Shown: in pieces, positions 8,710 to 16,736 of the stretch | Layout of the letters: each line of letters opens with the position of its first letter | Position numbering within the stretch: position 1 is the stretch's first letter | Origin: a virus | Taxonomy: Duplodnaviria; Caudoviricetes | Virus record (IMG/VR): IMGVR_UViG_3300043120_000047 | Coordinates: 1 to 37,965 of that record | DNA length: 37,965 nt | Strand: one strand, 5' to 3' | The notes under the pieces: model-generated | What the model was told of the DNA's origin: nothing | The model's input: the letters and a program-made list of their open reading frames with translations, nothing else | Databases searched by the model: none | Made by a program: the position numbers and the translations under genes

Positions 8710-8834
8710 GTCATGTACTGGTATTCGTTGCAACAACATTAATTACAATGTGGTTAAGTTTGACGTGGCAGGAACTAAGAGGAATAAAAAAAGCACTTGA
8801 GAACATCGAAGAAAACCAAAGGATGGTGAGATAA
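8706..8834 (+). CDS. Small single-TM protein (42 aa)
   Basis: GTG after AAGGAG; fills gap exactly; hydrophobic N-half. Confidence 0.6.
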   Translation: MSHVLVFVATTLITMWLSLTWQELRGIKKALENIEENQRMVR

Positions 8835-9317
8835 ATGTTAAATGGAAAAGTAAGGTGTTTGGAGTGGGAAGGTAGTGTTTATAAAAAAGGTAATGTGTAT
8901 GAATTTATTAATGGACACACTTATTTAGAAGGAGGTAAGAAAAGTCAAAGTTGGGATTCTTTAGAAGAATTAAATTATAGAAACCAAGGTTATGGCAAAT
9001 TTGAAATGGTAGTAAAAGAACCACACAAGTCATTGTTGAAAAGTGGAATGAAGGTGGTAATGAGGGATAGAATTGAAAGATATGTAATATTAGAAATTCG
9101 AAAAATATTTAGAGAAAATTTAGAATACTTATTTTTAACTGATTTTACAGAAGAATTGAATTGTATAATTAACAAGTTTGACGTAATGGAAATATGGGAC
9201 GGTGAAACACTTATTGCAAAGCGATCAGAAAAGACGGCACAACAAATAGAAATTGAACGCATTGAAAACGAAATGAGAAAACTGGCAGACGATTTAAGAA
9301 AGGTAAAAGGTGAGTGA
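8835..9317 (+). CDS. Hypothetical protein
   Basis: 160 aa; LKSGMKVVMRD...FDVMEIW motif. Confidence 0.75.
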   Translation: MLNGKVRCLEWEGSVYKKGNVYEFINGHTYLEGGKKSQSWDSLEELNYRNQGYGKFEMVVKEPHKSLLKSGMKVVMRDRIERYVILEIRKIFRENLEYLFLTDFTEELNCIINKFDVMEIWDGETLIAKRSEKTAQQIEIERIENEMRKLADDLRKVKGE

Positions 9318-9661
9318 TGATCGAGCGCAAAGCGTATATTTGTGAGTATTGTGACAAACACAAACCTATTAAGAAGCATGCTTATTTGTCAAAAGAAAAG
9401 GCGGATAAACATGAAAGAATTTGTTTTTATAACCCAAAACTTAGAACTTGCTTTACATGTAAACACAATGATTACAGCTACAAAGGAAACATTTGTAAAA
9501 TCAATCAAAACGAGAATTATTTGTATGAAGTTAGGTATTGTGCGGATCATGGATTTAACATTGAAGAAGGATATCCAATTATGCCTAAATCAATGCAGAT
9601 TATGAGAAATTGCAAACACTGGGCTTATGCTCACAAAATTGATGAAAGCGAGGGCGAATGA
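9317..9661 (+). CDS. Cys-rich (zinc-finger-like) hypothetical protein
   Basis: YICEYC...HERICFYNP...CFTCKH. Confidence 0.75.
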   Translation: MIERKAYICEYCDKHKPIKKHAYLSKEKADKHERICFYNPKLRTCFTCKHNDYSYKGNICKINQNENYLYEVRYCADHGFNIEEGYPIMPKSMQIMRNCKHWAYAHKIDESEGE

Positions 9662-9855
9662 TGTATCTTAACATTGTACTAACGCTTATATTATTGGTAT
9701 TCACAGGCAATCTATGGGCTAATCTAGGATACGGAACAAGACAAGAAGCAAGGCAACAAGAAGTTATAGACAAGCAAAGAGAATTGAATGATTACATGGT
9801 TATGCTACATGAGGAAATGGTCAGAGAACTTAAACGGATAAACGGAGGTAGTTAG
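9658..9855 (+). CDS. Small membrane protein
   Basis: N-terminal hydrophobic helix; ATGA overlap. Confidence 0.65.
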   Translation: MMYLNIVLTLILLVFTGNLWANLGYGTRQEARQQEVIDKQRELNDYMVMLHEEMVRELKRINGGS

Positions 9856-10275
9856 ATGAATCAAGCAAACATCATAGGCAGACTTGTGCGTCAAGTAGAT
9901 TTAAGATTTATACCTGGAAGTGGCAGCGCAGTTGCTAAATTTAGCGTGGCTGTTGACAAGGGGCTTTCAAGAGAAAAGAAAGCAGAGTTTGAAGCAGCAG
10001 GAAAACCAACAGTAGATTTTATCAATGTAGTTGTGTTTGGGAAACAAGCAGAGAACGCAAGCCAGTATTTAGACAAGGGTCGATTGGTCGGAGTAAGTGG
10101 ATCAATTCAAACGGGCAGCTACAAAAATACAAAAGGCGATACAGTTTATACCACTGAAATTCTAGCAAACCATGTTGAGTATTTAGAATGGGGTGAGAAG
10201 AAAGAAGAAAAGAAAGACGATCTATCGTTTGACGATTTCCAAAGTATTGAGGATGATTCAAGTTTGCCTTTTTAA
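9856..10275 (+). CDS. ssb: Single-stranded DNA-binding protein
   Basis: NQANIIGRL...DFINVVVFGKQAEN..YLDKG.LVGVSGSIQ; acidic tail ending LPF. Confidence 0.96.
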   Translation: MNQANIIGRLVRQVDLRFIPGSGSAVAKFSVAVDKGLSREKKAEFEAAGKPTVDFINVVVFGKQAENASQYLDKGRLVGVSGSIQTGSYKNTKGDTVYTTEILANHVEYLEWGEKKEEKKDDLSFDDFQSIEDDSSLPF

Positions 10276-10298
10276 AACGTTGATATTTCAACATTTAC

Positions 10299-10327
10299 TT
10301 GCAATTGTCTGATAATTATGCTATAAT
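10299..10327 (+). promoter_or_regulatory. sigma-A-type promoter
   Basis: TTGCAA-17-TATAAT with TG extension. Confidence 0.85.
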
Positions 10328-10332
10328 TAAGG

Positions 10333-10494
10333 TGACCGAAGGCGTTACAATGCGGTTGGAATTACGCCAGTTTCCGGAACTGTAAAACCGGACAACTTAA
10401 AACAGTAATTGCTATGGGACAGGTCGGCGGACTTTCTGATACCCGAATATCAGATTACCATAGCAATTATGATTACCTTTCGGGAGGTATTGAT
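10333..10494 (+). ncRNA. Structured 5' leader / cis-regulatory RNA of unknown family
   Basis: Two hairpins, a three-way junction closed by a perfect 12-bp stem (10406-10417/10458-10469), and an RBS-sequestering hairpin. Confidence 0.65.
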
Positions 10495-10788
10495 ATGATT
10501 CAACGTAACATAGAACTAGGCTATGGAATTGTAACCAAAGACGCCATGCAAGACCGCAATTTAACCATTGAAGCAAAAGCAATATATTCATACTTGTGTA
10601 GTTTTGCAGGTGGTAAAGACGAAGCATGGCCAAGCATAGACAAAATGTGTTATGATTTCCAGATAGAGAAAAGAAGATTAAGAAAGCATATAAAAGTATT
10701 GGTTGATAACGAATACATTGAGATAGAAAAGTATAGATATACCAAAACAAGTCAATTTGCAAATAATCATTACATCATATTGAAGTAG
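10495..10788 (+). CDS. Minimal initiator-like HTH protein (97 aa)
   Basis: GYGIVTK..MQD..LTIEAKAIYSYLCSFAG....AWPS is the N-terminal HTH of Firmicute phage initiators; ATG 6 nt after GGAGGT. Confidence 0.8.
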   Translation: MIQRNIELGYGIVTKDAMQDRNLTIEAKAIYSYLCSFAGGKDEAWPSIDKMCYDFQIEKRRLRKHIKVLVDNEYIEIEKYRYTKTSQFANNHYIILK

Positions 10789-10797
10789 CCATAGTAC

Positions 10798-10931
10798 CAA
10801 AAAGGCATCACGGCAAAAAGGCGCAGTGGTAATTTGGCACAGTGACAAAATAGCACCTATAATAATAACAGTTTTTAATAATAACAATCTTTAATAATAA
10901 CAAAAACAAATAAGTCTGTTTTTCAACAGAC
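10798..10931 (+). repeat. Origin-like array: four 16-bp iterons, three AT-rich repeats, inverted repeat
   Basis: caaaaaggcatcacgg / caaaaaggcgcagtgg / taatttggcacagtga / caaaatagcacctata; TAATAATAACA at 10860, 10876, 10892; gtctgtt-tttc-aacagac. Confidence 0.7.
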
Positions 10932-10966
10932 ACATGTTTTTAAATATTTTTACAAGGAGTGCTAAG

Positions 10967-11107
10967 ATGGAAGAAAAAGTTATTGAAACAAAAGATTTTA
11001 CAAAGCAAGAAGCTAATGAGATAGAAAAACAAAGGCAAGGAAAATTTCACTCCGAAGAAATAATTGATACAATGCTAAAAGAATCCGGTTATAAAGGCAT
11101 TTTATAA
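10967..11107 (+). CDS. Hypothetical protein (46 aa)
   Basis: AAGGAG RBS, ATG. Confidence 0.6.
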   Translation: MEEKVIETKDFTKQEANEIEKQRQGKFHSEEIIDTMLKESGYKGIL

Positions 11108-11119
11108 GGTGGTGATCAT

Positions 11120-11365
11120 ATATCTGAACATGACATTATCATAAAAAAAGTACACACTGGTTATATAGTTCATGTAAAAGGTAGAGAGAACCACGCACAT
11201 TTTTCACATAGAAACGGTTGTGAGATGCTAAAGAAACTTTTGGTCAAAGGATTGTTACCATCAAGAGAATATTTTTTAATCGCTGCCCAACGTATCTTGA
11301 CTCAAAAAGAGATAAGCGAATTGAAAATAATTAGGAAACAACAGTACATAAATAAGAAGGTGTGA
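11120..11365 (+). CDS. Hypothetical protein with probable ATA start (81 aa)
   Basis: AAGGTGGTGA RBS then ATA; open frame fills the gap to the MTase. Confidence 0.6.
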   Translation: MSEHDIIIKKVHTGYIVHVKGRENHAHFSHRNGCEMLKKLLVKGLLPSREYFLIAAQRILTQKEISELKIIRKQQYINKKV

Positions 11366-11367
11366 TA

Positions 11368-12087
11368 ATGGATATACAATTATACAATGGAGATTGTTTA
11401 GAAGTAATGGATAGATTAATTGAAGAGGGTGTAAAGGTTAACGCAATCATCACTTCACCGCCTTATAATTTAGGTGGAGATTTTCATACTTTTGTAAATG
11501 GTAAAAGAGTTACTTATGGGGACTATGGTGTATACAATGACAATCAAGACGAACAAGACTATCAAAATTTCCAAATTAATTTCTTGGAAAAAGCATATAA
11601 TGTATTAAGCGATTATGGTGTGATGTTTTATAATCATAAAAACAGAATTGTTAAAGGAAATGTTATTAGTCCTTTTGAGTGGATTTCTAAAAGTGAATTT
11701 AATGTGATGCAAGTTATTATAATGAATTTAAAATCAACTCCAAATGTAGATAAAAGAAGATTTTTCCCAGTACATGAATTAATATTTGTTTTAACTAAGA
11801 ATAAAGATTTTAAGTTAAACAACAAAGAATGCTTTACGGACGTATGGGAAATGAAAAAAGTTTCAAGGAAACAGTCTGGGCATCCAGCAACATTTCATAT
11901 TGATATGCCGACTAGATGTATTAACTCATTACCATTTGATAGTGGAATAATATTAGACCCTTTTATGGGGACTGGAACAGTAGGGGAAGCTTGTATTGAA
12001 ACCGCGTTTGATTTCATCGGTATAGAACTAGATGAAACCTATTACAACATAGCAAAAGAGCGTATAGAACAAGCAAAAGAGGTGTGA
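11368..12087 (+). CDS. DNA methyltransferase (probable N4-C, beta class)
   Basis: TSPPY, HPATF, LDPFMGTGT, GIELD. Confidence 0.92.
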   Translation: MDIQLYNGDCLEVMDRLIEEGVKVNAIITSPPYNLGGDFHTFVNGKRVTYGDYGVYNDNQDEQDYQNFQINFLEKAYNVLSDYGVMFYNHKNRIVKGNVISPFEWISKSEFNVMQVIIMNLKSTPNVDKRRFFPVHELIFVLTKNKDFKLNNKECFTDVWEMKKVSRKQSGHPATFHIDMPTRCINSLPFDSGIILDPFMGTGTVGEACIETAFDFIGIELDETYYNIAKERIEQAKEV

Positions 12088-12089
12088 TA

Positions 12090-12287
12090 ATGGATCGGTA
12101 TTGTAAAGATTGTACATGCCATAACTGCATAGACCGTATTAACTGCGACAGGTGCCACGAGTGTTATGAAGGCAACAGACACATTAAAAACTGTACGGCA
12201 TATAATCATGGGTATAAAGAGAACTGCACGTACTGCGGAAATGTGAAGCGTGAGGACATATGTAACTTATGCGGAAAGAGGGGATAG
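12090..12287 (+). CDS. Cys-rich hypothetical protein
   Basis: Multiple CxxC; GAGGTG RBS. Confidence 0.65.
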   Translation: MDRYCKDCTCHNCIDRINCDRCHECYEGNRHIKNCTAYNHGYKENCTYCGNVKREDICNLCGKRG

Positions 12288-12288
12288 A

Positions 12289-12495
12289 ATGAAAAAAATA
12301 TTCCAAAAGTGGTGGAAAGAAAAACAGTTTAGCATAATCAATTACAAAAAGTCATGGAAAGAAAATGGAAATAAACCTAGAATATATTTTCATTGGAACA
12401 AAGCGAGAAAAGGTATCGACAGTTGTTTTGATGCAAGTTTAATAATTGGTTATACTATATTCAACTATACAAACTTTAATTACAATGGGGGATAA
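12289..12495 (+). CDS. Hypothetical protein
   Basis: ATG after GAGGGG. Confidence 0.6.
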   Translation: MKKIFQKWWKEKQFSIINYKKSWKENGNKPRIYFHWNKARKGIDSCFDASLIIGYTIFNYTNFNYNGG

Positions 12496-12657
12496 ATGAC
12501 TATAAGAGATTATAAAAAGATGCTCTATGACCTTCTAAACGAATTTGAAGGGTTTGACGATGATGAACCGGTAGAAGAATTTGAGGAAGCTGACGGAGGG
12601 ATTATTTATATAATAGGCAAAGAAGCTATTGAGAGTTACGGCGATACGCTTAACTAA
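12496..12657 (+). CDS. Small acidic protein (53 aa)
   Basis: GGGGG RBS; 16 D/E vs 4 K/R. Confidence 0.65.
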   Translation: MTIRDYKKMLYDLLNEFEGFDDDEPVEEFEEADGGIIYIIGKEAIESYGDTLN

Positions 12658-12682
12658 AAAAATCCCCTATAAAGAGGATTTT
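12656..12682 (-). terminator. Terminator between convergent operons (possibly bidirectional)
   Basis: Minus strand aatcctct-ttat-aggggatt followed by T run. Confidence 0.7.
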
Positions 12683-12810
12683 AATATTAACCATGTACCG
12701 TATGCCTTGCGACAAACTAACTTACCTTTTTCACATTGTTGTTGGATCGCCCGAACGGATACTTTTTTAATGATTGCAGCTTCTTGAACTGTAACAACTT
12801 TATCTAACAT
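12667..12810 (-). CDS. Small HTH (excisionase/MerR-like) protein, 47 aa
   Basis: MLDKVVTVQEAAIIKKVSVRAIQQQCEKGKLVCRKAYGTWLILKSSL; GAGGTG RBS. Confidence 0.8.
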   Translation of the reverse strand: MLDKVVTVQEAAIIKKVSVRAIQQQCEKGKLVCRKAYGTWLILKSSL

Positions 12811-12980
12811 GATTTCACCTCTCTATATACTTTTCTAACTACTGTTAACACTTCATCACTATCAAACATATTCATCATTATACGGAGTTGCTTTTCAAGT
12901 TCTTCAAATTTTTCTTGCTTAACTGATTTATCAGATGGTTCGATACCCATTGTTGACCAATACAATTTATTCTTATTCAT
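12804..12980 (-). CDS. Hypothetical protein
   Basis: GGTGG RBS; overlaps neighbours. Confidence 0.65.
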   Translation of the reverse strand: MNKNKLYWSTMGIEPSDKSVKQEKFEELEKQLRIMMNMFDSDEVLTVVRKVYREVKSC

Positions 12981-13317
12981 GATTACCACCAATTGAAACC
13001 TGTTTTACTTCTACATATTCTTTAGGATATTTTTCTTTTATTCTAAACGCGATATTAAGAGCTTGTTCTTCTGTTTTAATATTGTTATAACCCAATTGCG
13101 AGTATCCACCAACATATATTGCATACACTATTTGGTTTTCAACTATAATTATTTTGCTTTCTTCTTTTGATAAAAACTTGCAACCACAGAAAGGACAGAA
13201 ATCCCAATCAGGATCCTCAATAAGTTTATCACATTCAGGGTTGCCGCAATACTGTTCTGCATTGTCTTTAGCTTCATTAGTAGCTATTTCGTGTCTTACA
13301 ACAAAACCTATTTTCAT
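12973..13317 (-). CDS. Zinc-ribbon hypothetical protein
   Basis: CGNPEC...FCPFCG; AAGGTGG RBS. Confidence 0.75.
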   Translation of the reverse strand: MKIGFVVRHEIATNEAKDNAEQYCGNPECDKLIEDPDWDFCPFCGCKFLSKEESKIIIVENQIVYAIYVGGYSQLGYNNIKTEEQALNIAFRIKEKYPKEYVEVKQVSIGGNHE

Positions 13318-13334
13318 AATATCCACCTTTCTAA

Positions 13335-13553
13335 TTATACTAAGTAAACAAAGTAACGATCTTTAGTGTGTGATTCTGTTTTTATTCCAAGTCTATGAAG
13401 TTCAGACCATATCGGAGTAACGTTTGGTATTTCCATATATACAATACCTTTAGACGGTTTACATTTTACAGTGTCGCTAACTTTAACATCTTGATTGATA
13501 TAATTTTTAATGTGATTAGCTAAGTCTTGACCAGTTTCAAATCTTCTTTCCAT
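13335..13553 (-). CDS. Hypothetical protein
   Basis: GGAGG RBS. Confidence 0.7.
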   Translation of the reverse strand: MERRFETGQDLANHIKNYINQDVKVSDTVKCKPSKGIVYMEIPNVTPIWSELHRLGIKTESHTKDRYFVYLV

Positions 13554-13578
13554 AATATCCTCCAACTCGATTTATGGA

Positions 13579-13914
13579 TTATCGAGAACCGATAAATGAT
13601 AAAATTTCTTTGTTTAGTTTTTTACTTGAATTATTGTAACTTGTTGATGTGATTTCTCTTTTGGTTGCTTCACCGTATGAGTTTACAAATGTTTTATTAA
13701 TTGATTGTCCTGTTTTAGGTTGTACCATTTCAAGTTTTCTTAATTCGCTTTCAAGTCTTTTTAATTCTTTGCTACCATTGCGCCATTCAATTAATATTGG
13801 TTCTGCTTTTTCGTTTAATGGATCTTGACGTGATGCACATGGAATTGATTTATATAATTTAATGTTGATTTCTTTTTGAATTTCAATTGCTTGCTTGATT
13901 TCTTTAATGTTCAT
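13579..13914 (-). CDS. Hypothetical protein, first gene of inverted operon
   Basis: AGGAGGT RBS downstream of consensus promoter. Confidence 0.75.
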   Translation of the reverse strand: MNIKEIKQAIEIQKEINIKLYKSIPCASRQDPLNEKAEPILIEWRNGSKELKRLESELRKLEMVQPKTGQSINKTFVNSYGEATKREITSTSYNNSSKKLNKEILSFIGSR

Positions 13915-13955
13915 CTTATTACCTCCTATGTGGCTTACCGCCATCTGATAAGTTA

Positions 13956-13984
13956 ATTATACTACGCAATTACGAAGGTGTCAA
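13956..13984 (-). promoter_or_regulatory. Perfect consensus promoter with quasi-palindrome in spacer
   Basis: Minus strand TTGACA-17-TATAAT; spacer holds TTCGTAATTGCGTA. Confidence 0.9.
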
Positions 13985-14021
13985 CAGGTTTTATGAAAAT
14001 AATATGAAAAAGTTTTCAAAC

Positions 14022-14034
14022 ATGGTATAATGTA
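14022..14034 (+). promoter_or_regulatory. Extended -10 promoter upstream of packaging operon
   Basis: TGGTATAAT with poor -35; same 13-mer at 19122. Confidence 0.6.
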
Positions 14035-14059
14035 GGTATACAAAGGAGGGCAAGACCCC

Positions 14060-14203
14060 ATGAAACACAACAAATATTACAAACTTAACTATATAGCCTT
14101 TGGTATTACTTTAGGAATGAGTATAATGTCAGATAAACCATTGATTATAGCAATGTTAATGTTGACAGGGTTAGTAAATTTATATTGTGCAATTAAACTT
14201 TAA
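14060..14203 (+). CDS. Small hydrophobic protein (47 aa)
   Basis: AAGGAGG RBS; two short hydrophobic segments. Confidence 0.65.
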   Translation: MKHNKYYKLNYIAFGITLGMSIMSDKPLIIAMLMLTGLVNLYCAIKL

Positions 14204-14218
14204 GGAGGACTAGATCCC

Positions 14219-14428
14219 ATGACTAAACAAGAAGAAAGAAACCTATCTAATGAAATAGCAATAGAATGTCAGAAATTAGCGTTAAAGATACTTAGAACAA
14301 ACCCAATAACAGACGTACAAATTGATTATGCACTAACACTAATAAGAATGTATGATACTATGGTTAGTCCGGAGAAACCAACAATAACAACAACTCCAGG
14401 AACGGTTGAACCAAAACAACAAAGATAG
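14219..14428 (+). CDS. Hypothetical protein
   Basis: AAGGAGG RBS. Confidence 0.7.
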   Translation: MTKQEERNLSNEIAIECQKLALKILRTNPITDVQIDYALTLIRMYDTMVSPEKPTITTTPGTVEPKQQR

Positions 14429-14439
14429 GAGGTATTGAA

Positions 14440-15030
14440 ATGACTAACAAAAACAAAGGACCAACAAAGAAGAAACCTACAAGAAGCAGATTAACAGATA
14501 GACAAGAAGAATTTATATATAGAGTTGTTAAAGGTAGCACACAAGCAGACGCCTATAGACACGCCTACAGCACGAAAAACATGGCAGACAAGACAATTAT
14601 CGAGAAGGCTTCTAAACTCATGGCACAGGACAACATACGGGCAAGGTATGACGAATTAAAGGGTAAAATAACACAAAGATTAGAAGAAGATTGCATAGTT
14701 ACAGTTGAAGAAGTGGTTAGAGAACTTAAAAAAGTAGCATTTGCAGATATAAAGGATTTTCTTGAATATAAAACTGATCTATCGGTTGTAGCTTACGAAG
14801 ATGGCGAACCTGTAACGGACTATCGGACAGTTGTCCAATTGAAAGAATCTGAAATGGTTGATGGGACTATGATTGGGGAAGTAAGCATATCGAGAGATGG
14901 AACGTTAAAATTTAAATTACATGATAAAATGGTTGCACTCGAAAAGATAGGTAAACACTTAGGTATGTTTACAGATAAAGTTGAACATAGTGGTAAAATA
15001 GAAATGCCTACAATAATTCTTACAAAGTAA
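14440..15030 (+). CDS. terS: Terminase small subunit
   Basis: LTDRQEEF...TQADAYRHAYS...ASKL; VVRELKKVAFAD; KLHDKMVALEKIGKHLGMF; precedes TerL. Confidence 0.93.
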   Translation: MTNKNKGPTKKKPTRSRLTDRQEEFIYRVVKGSTQADAYRHAYSTKNMADKTIIEKASKLMAQDNIRARYDELKGKITQRLEEDCIVTVEEVVRELKKVAFADIKDFLEYKTDLSVVAYEDGEPVTDYRTVVQLKESEMVDGTMIGEVSISRDGTLKFKLHDKMVALEKIGKHLGMFTDKVEHSGKIEMPTIILTK

Positions 15031-15108
15031 CACCTGTACTAAACTTTTTACTATGTTTGTATCAGAAAAACACGAGTTTAGACACACGAAAATGAGGATT
15101 GATGCTAA

Positions 15109-16551
15109 ATGAGTAAAAAAACAAAAGAAATAAAGTTAACGCCGTTATATTTTAATTATGTTTTGGGTTCTGAATATGATGCTATAGTCGAAATCGGTGG
15201 GAGATATTCCGGGAAATCTTACAATAGTCAAATTGAAGAAGCTGCAAACCTTGCGAGTAAAAAAGATTATAAACTACTAATCATACAAGATTTAGACAAA
15301 GGTGGATCAGACGGCTACTATGCAGGGTTGGTTGATAAAATTGAACAGTTTGGACACACGCCTGCATATAATATAACCACCAGTAGCACAAAAATAACAA
15401 ACACCATCAATGGAAACTCTGTACTATTTAGAGGATACAAAACAGATCAGCAAAAGAAAGACGTTAAGAATATTGACCAAGTAACAAAGATAGTTGTCGA
15501 AGAAGGGGAATGGATGACCTTTGACGACTTTTTAGCGTTAATACAACAATTGAGGGGAAAGGTTGAGAGTGACAGACGTTTAGATATTCTATTGAACCCG
15601 GTAAATGAATATTGTTTTGCTAATACTGAATTGGTAGAGAAACCGCCGGATAAAGTGTTGGAGTATTTTCCTAACAGTAACAGACCTAAAGTATTTGAAA
15701 GACATTTCAAAGTTGATACAGTGGACGAAGAAGGAAAAGAAATACAACTATCAATAAATGTGCTTGTGGTATTATCCACTCATTTTGATAACCCCAACTT
15801 AAACGGAATACAAAGAGCAGCAATTGAGATATATAAGAAAACTGATCCGGATAAATATAAGCAACTTGGAGAAGCGAGATTCATAAAAAGTGGTGGAGTT
15901 TATTTCAATGAGTTTGAAAGGCATATACATGTTGTTGAACCTTTTGTGATACCAGAATACTGGCGCAGATATTTTGTAATGGATTATGGACTTGATATGT
16001 TGGCAGGCTACTGGATAGCGTTAAGCGATAACAACAAAGCATTTTTCTATAAAGAAGTATACAAGAGTGATTTGATTATATCGGACGCAGCAAAAGAAAT
16101 AAGAAAGTTGACAAATGAATCTATACATCAATACTTTGCACCACCGGATATGTGGAACCGTAGACAGGAAACAGGCAAGAGCGCAGCAGAAATATTCGTT
16201 GACAATGGCATAAGGTTTACCAAGACTAATAATAACAGGGTACAAGGTTGGCTTAACGTGAAAGAGTGGATGAAACCATTCGAGGACGAACAAGGCATAT
16301 TGACTGCTAATGTTCAGATATTTTCTAACTGTACAAATCTAATCAGATGTTTATCACAAATTAAACGATCAGAACGTGACCCTAACGATGTAGCAAATGA
16401 ACCTCACGAGTTAACGCATGCACCAGACGCATTCAGAGGATTCTTTGCAGGCAGACCATCACCAAATGCAAAATTAAACGTTAGACACCAACCGGAAAAC
16501 TTTTTATTCACCGACTACACCAATACAGGGGGAGGACTTCAAGAATGGTAG
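15109..16551 (+). CDS. terL: Terminase large subunit
   Basis: GGRYSGKS Walker A, IVVEE Walker B, MDYG nuclease Asp, HAPDAFRG. Confidence 0.93.
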   Translation: MSKKTKEIKLTPLYFNYVLGSEYDAIVEIGGRYSGKSYNSQIEEAANLASKKDYKLLIIQDLDKGGSDGYYAGLVDKIEQFGHTPAYNITTSSTKITNTINGNSVLFRGYKTDQQKKDVKNIDQVTKIVVEEGEWMTFDDFLALIQQLRGKVESDRRLDILLNPVNEYCFANTELVEKPPDKVLEYFPNSNRPKVFERHFKVDTVDEEGKEIQLSINVLVVLSTHFDNPNLNGIQRAAIEIYKKTDPDKYKQLGEARFIKSGGVYFNEFERHIHVVEPFVIPEYWRRYFVMDYGLDMLAGYWIALSDNNKAFFYKEVYKSDLIISDAAKEIRKLTNESIHQYFAPPDMWNRRQETGKSAAEIFVDNGIRFTKTNNNRVQGWLNVKEWMKPFEDEQGILTANVQIFSNCTNLIRCLSQIKRSERDPNDVANEPHELTHAPDAFRGFFAGRPSPNAKLNVRHQPENFLFTDYTNTGGGLQEW

Positions 16552-16724
16552 TAAAGGAATTAATTGAGTTATTGGAAAAATTAGATCAAGATAAGAAAGT
16601 GTTTATTTTTGACAATAATTATTGTGTGTTTGAAGAAGTGGAAAATGTATTGTTAAATGGAGTTGATGAAAAAGGTTTCAAAATTCATGGTTTAACTTGT
16701 GATGGATACTTGATATATGGATAG
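16545..16724 (+). CDS. Hypothetical protein (59 aa)
   Basis: MVVKELIELLEKLDQDKKV motif; GGAGG RBS. Confidence 0.7.
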   Translation: MVVKELIELLEKLDQDKKVFIFDNNYCVFEEVENVLLNGVDEKGFKIHGLTCDGYLIYG

Positions 16725-16736
16725 GAGGGTACAGGA

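Noticed and set aside
10371-10397. CUGUAAA resembling a tRNA-Tyr anticodon loop
   Set aside because: No cloverleaf, T-arm or 5-bp/7-nt anticodon geometry; no tRNA gene found
10414-10494. N-terminal extension of the HTH ORF from ATG 10414
   Set aside because: No RBS and buried in the 12-bp stem; ATG 10495 has a proper SD
10798-10902. CRISPR mini-array
   Set aside because: Contiguous 16-bp units without spacer-length unique sequence; no cas genes
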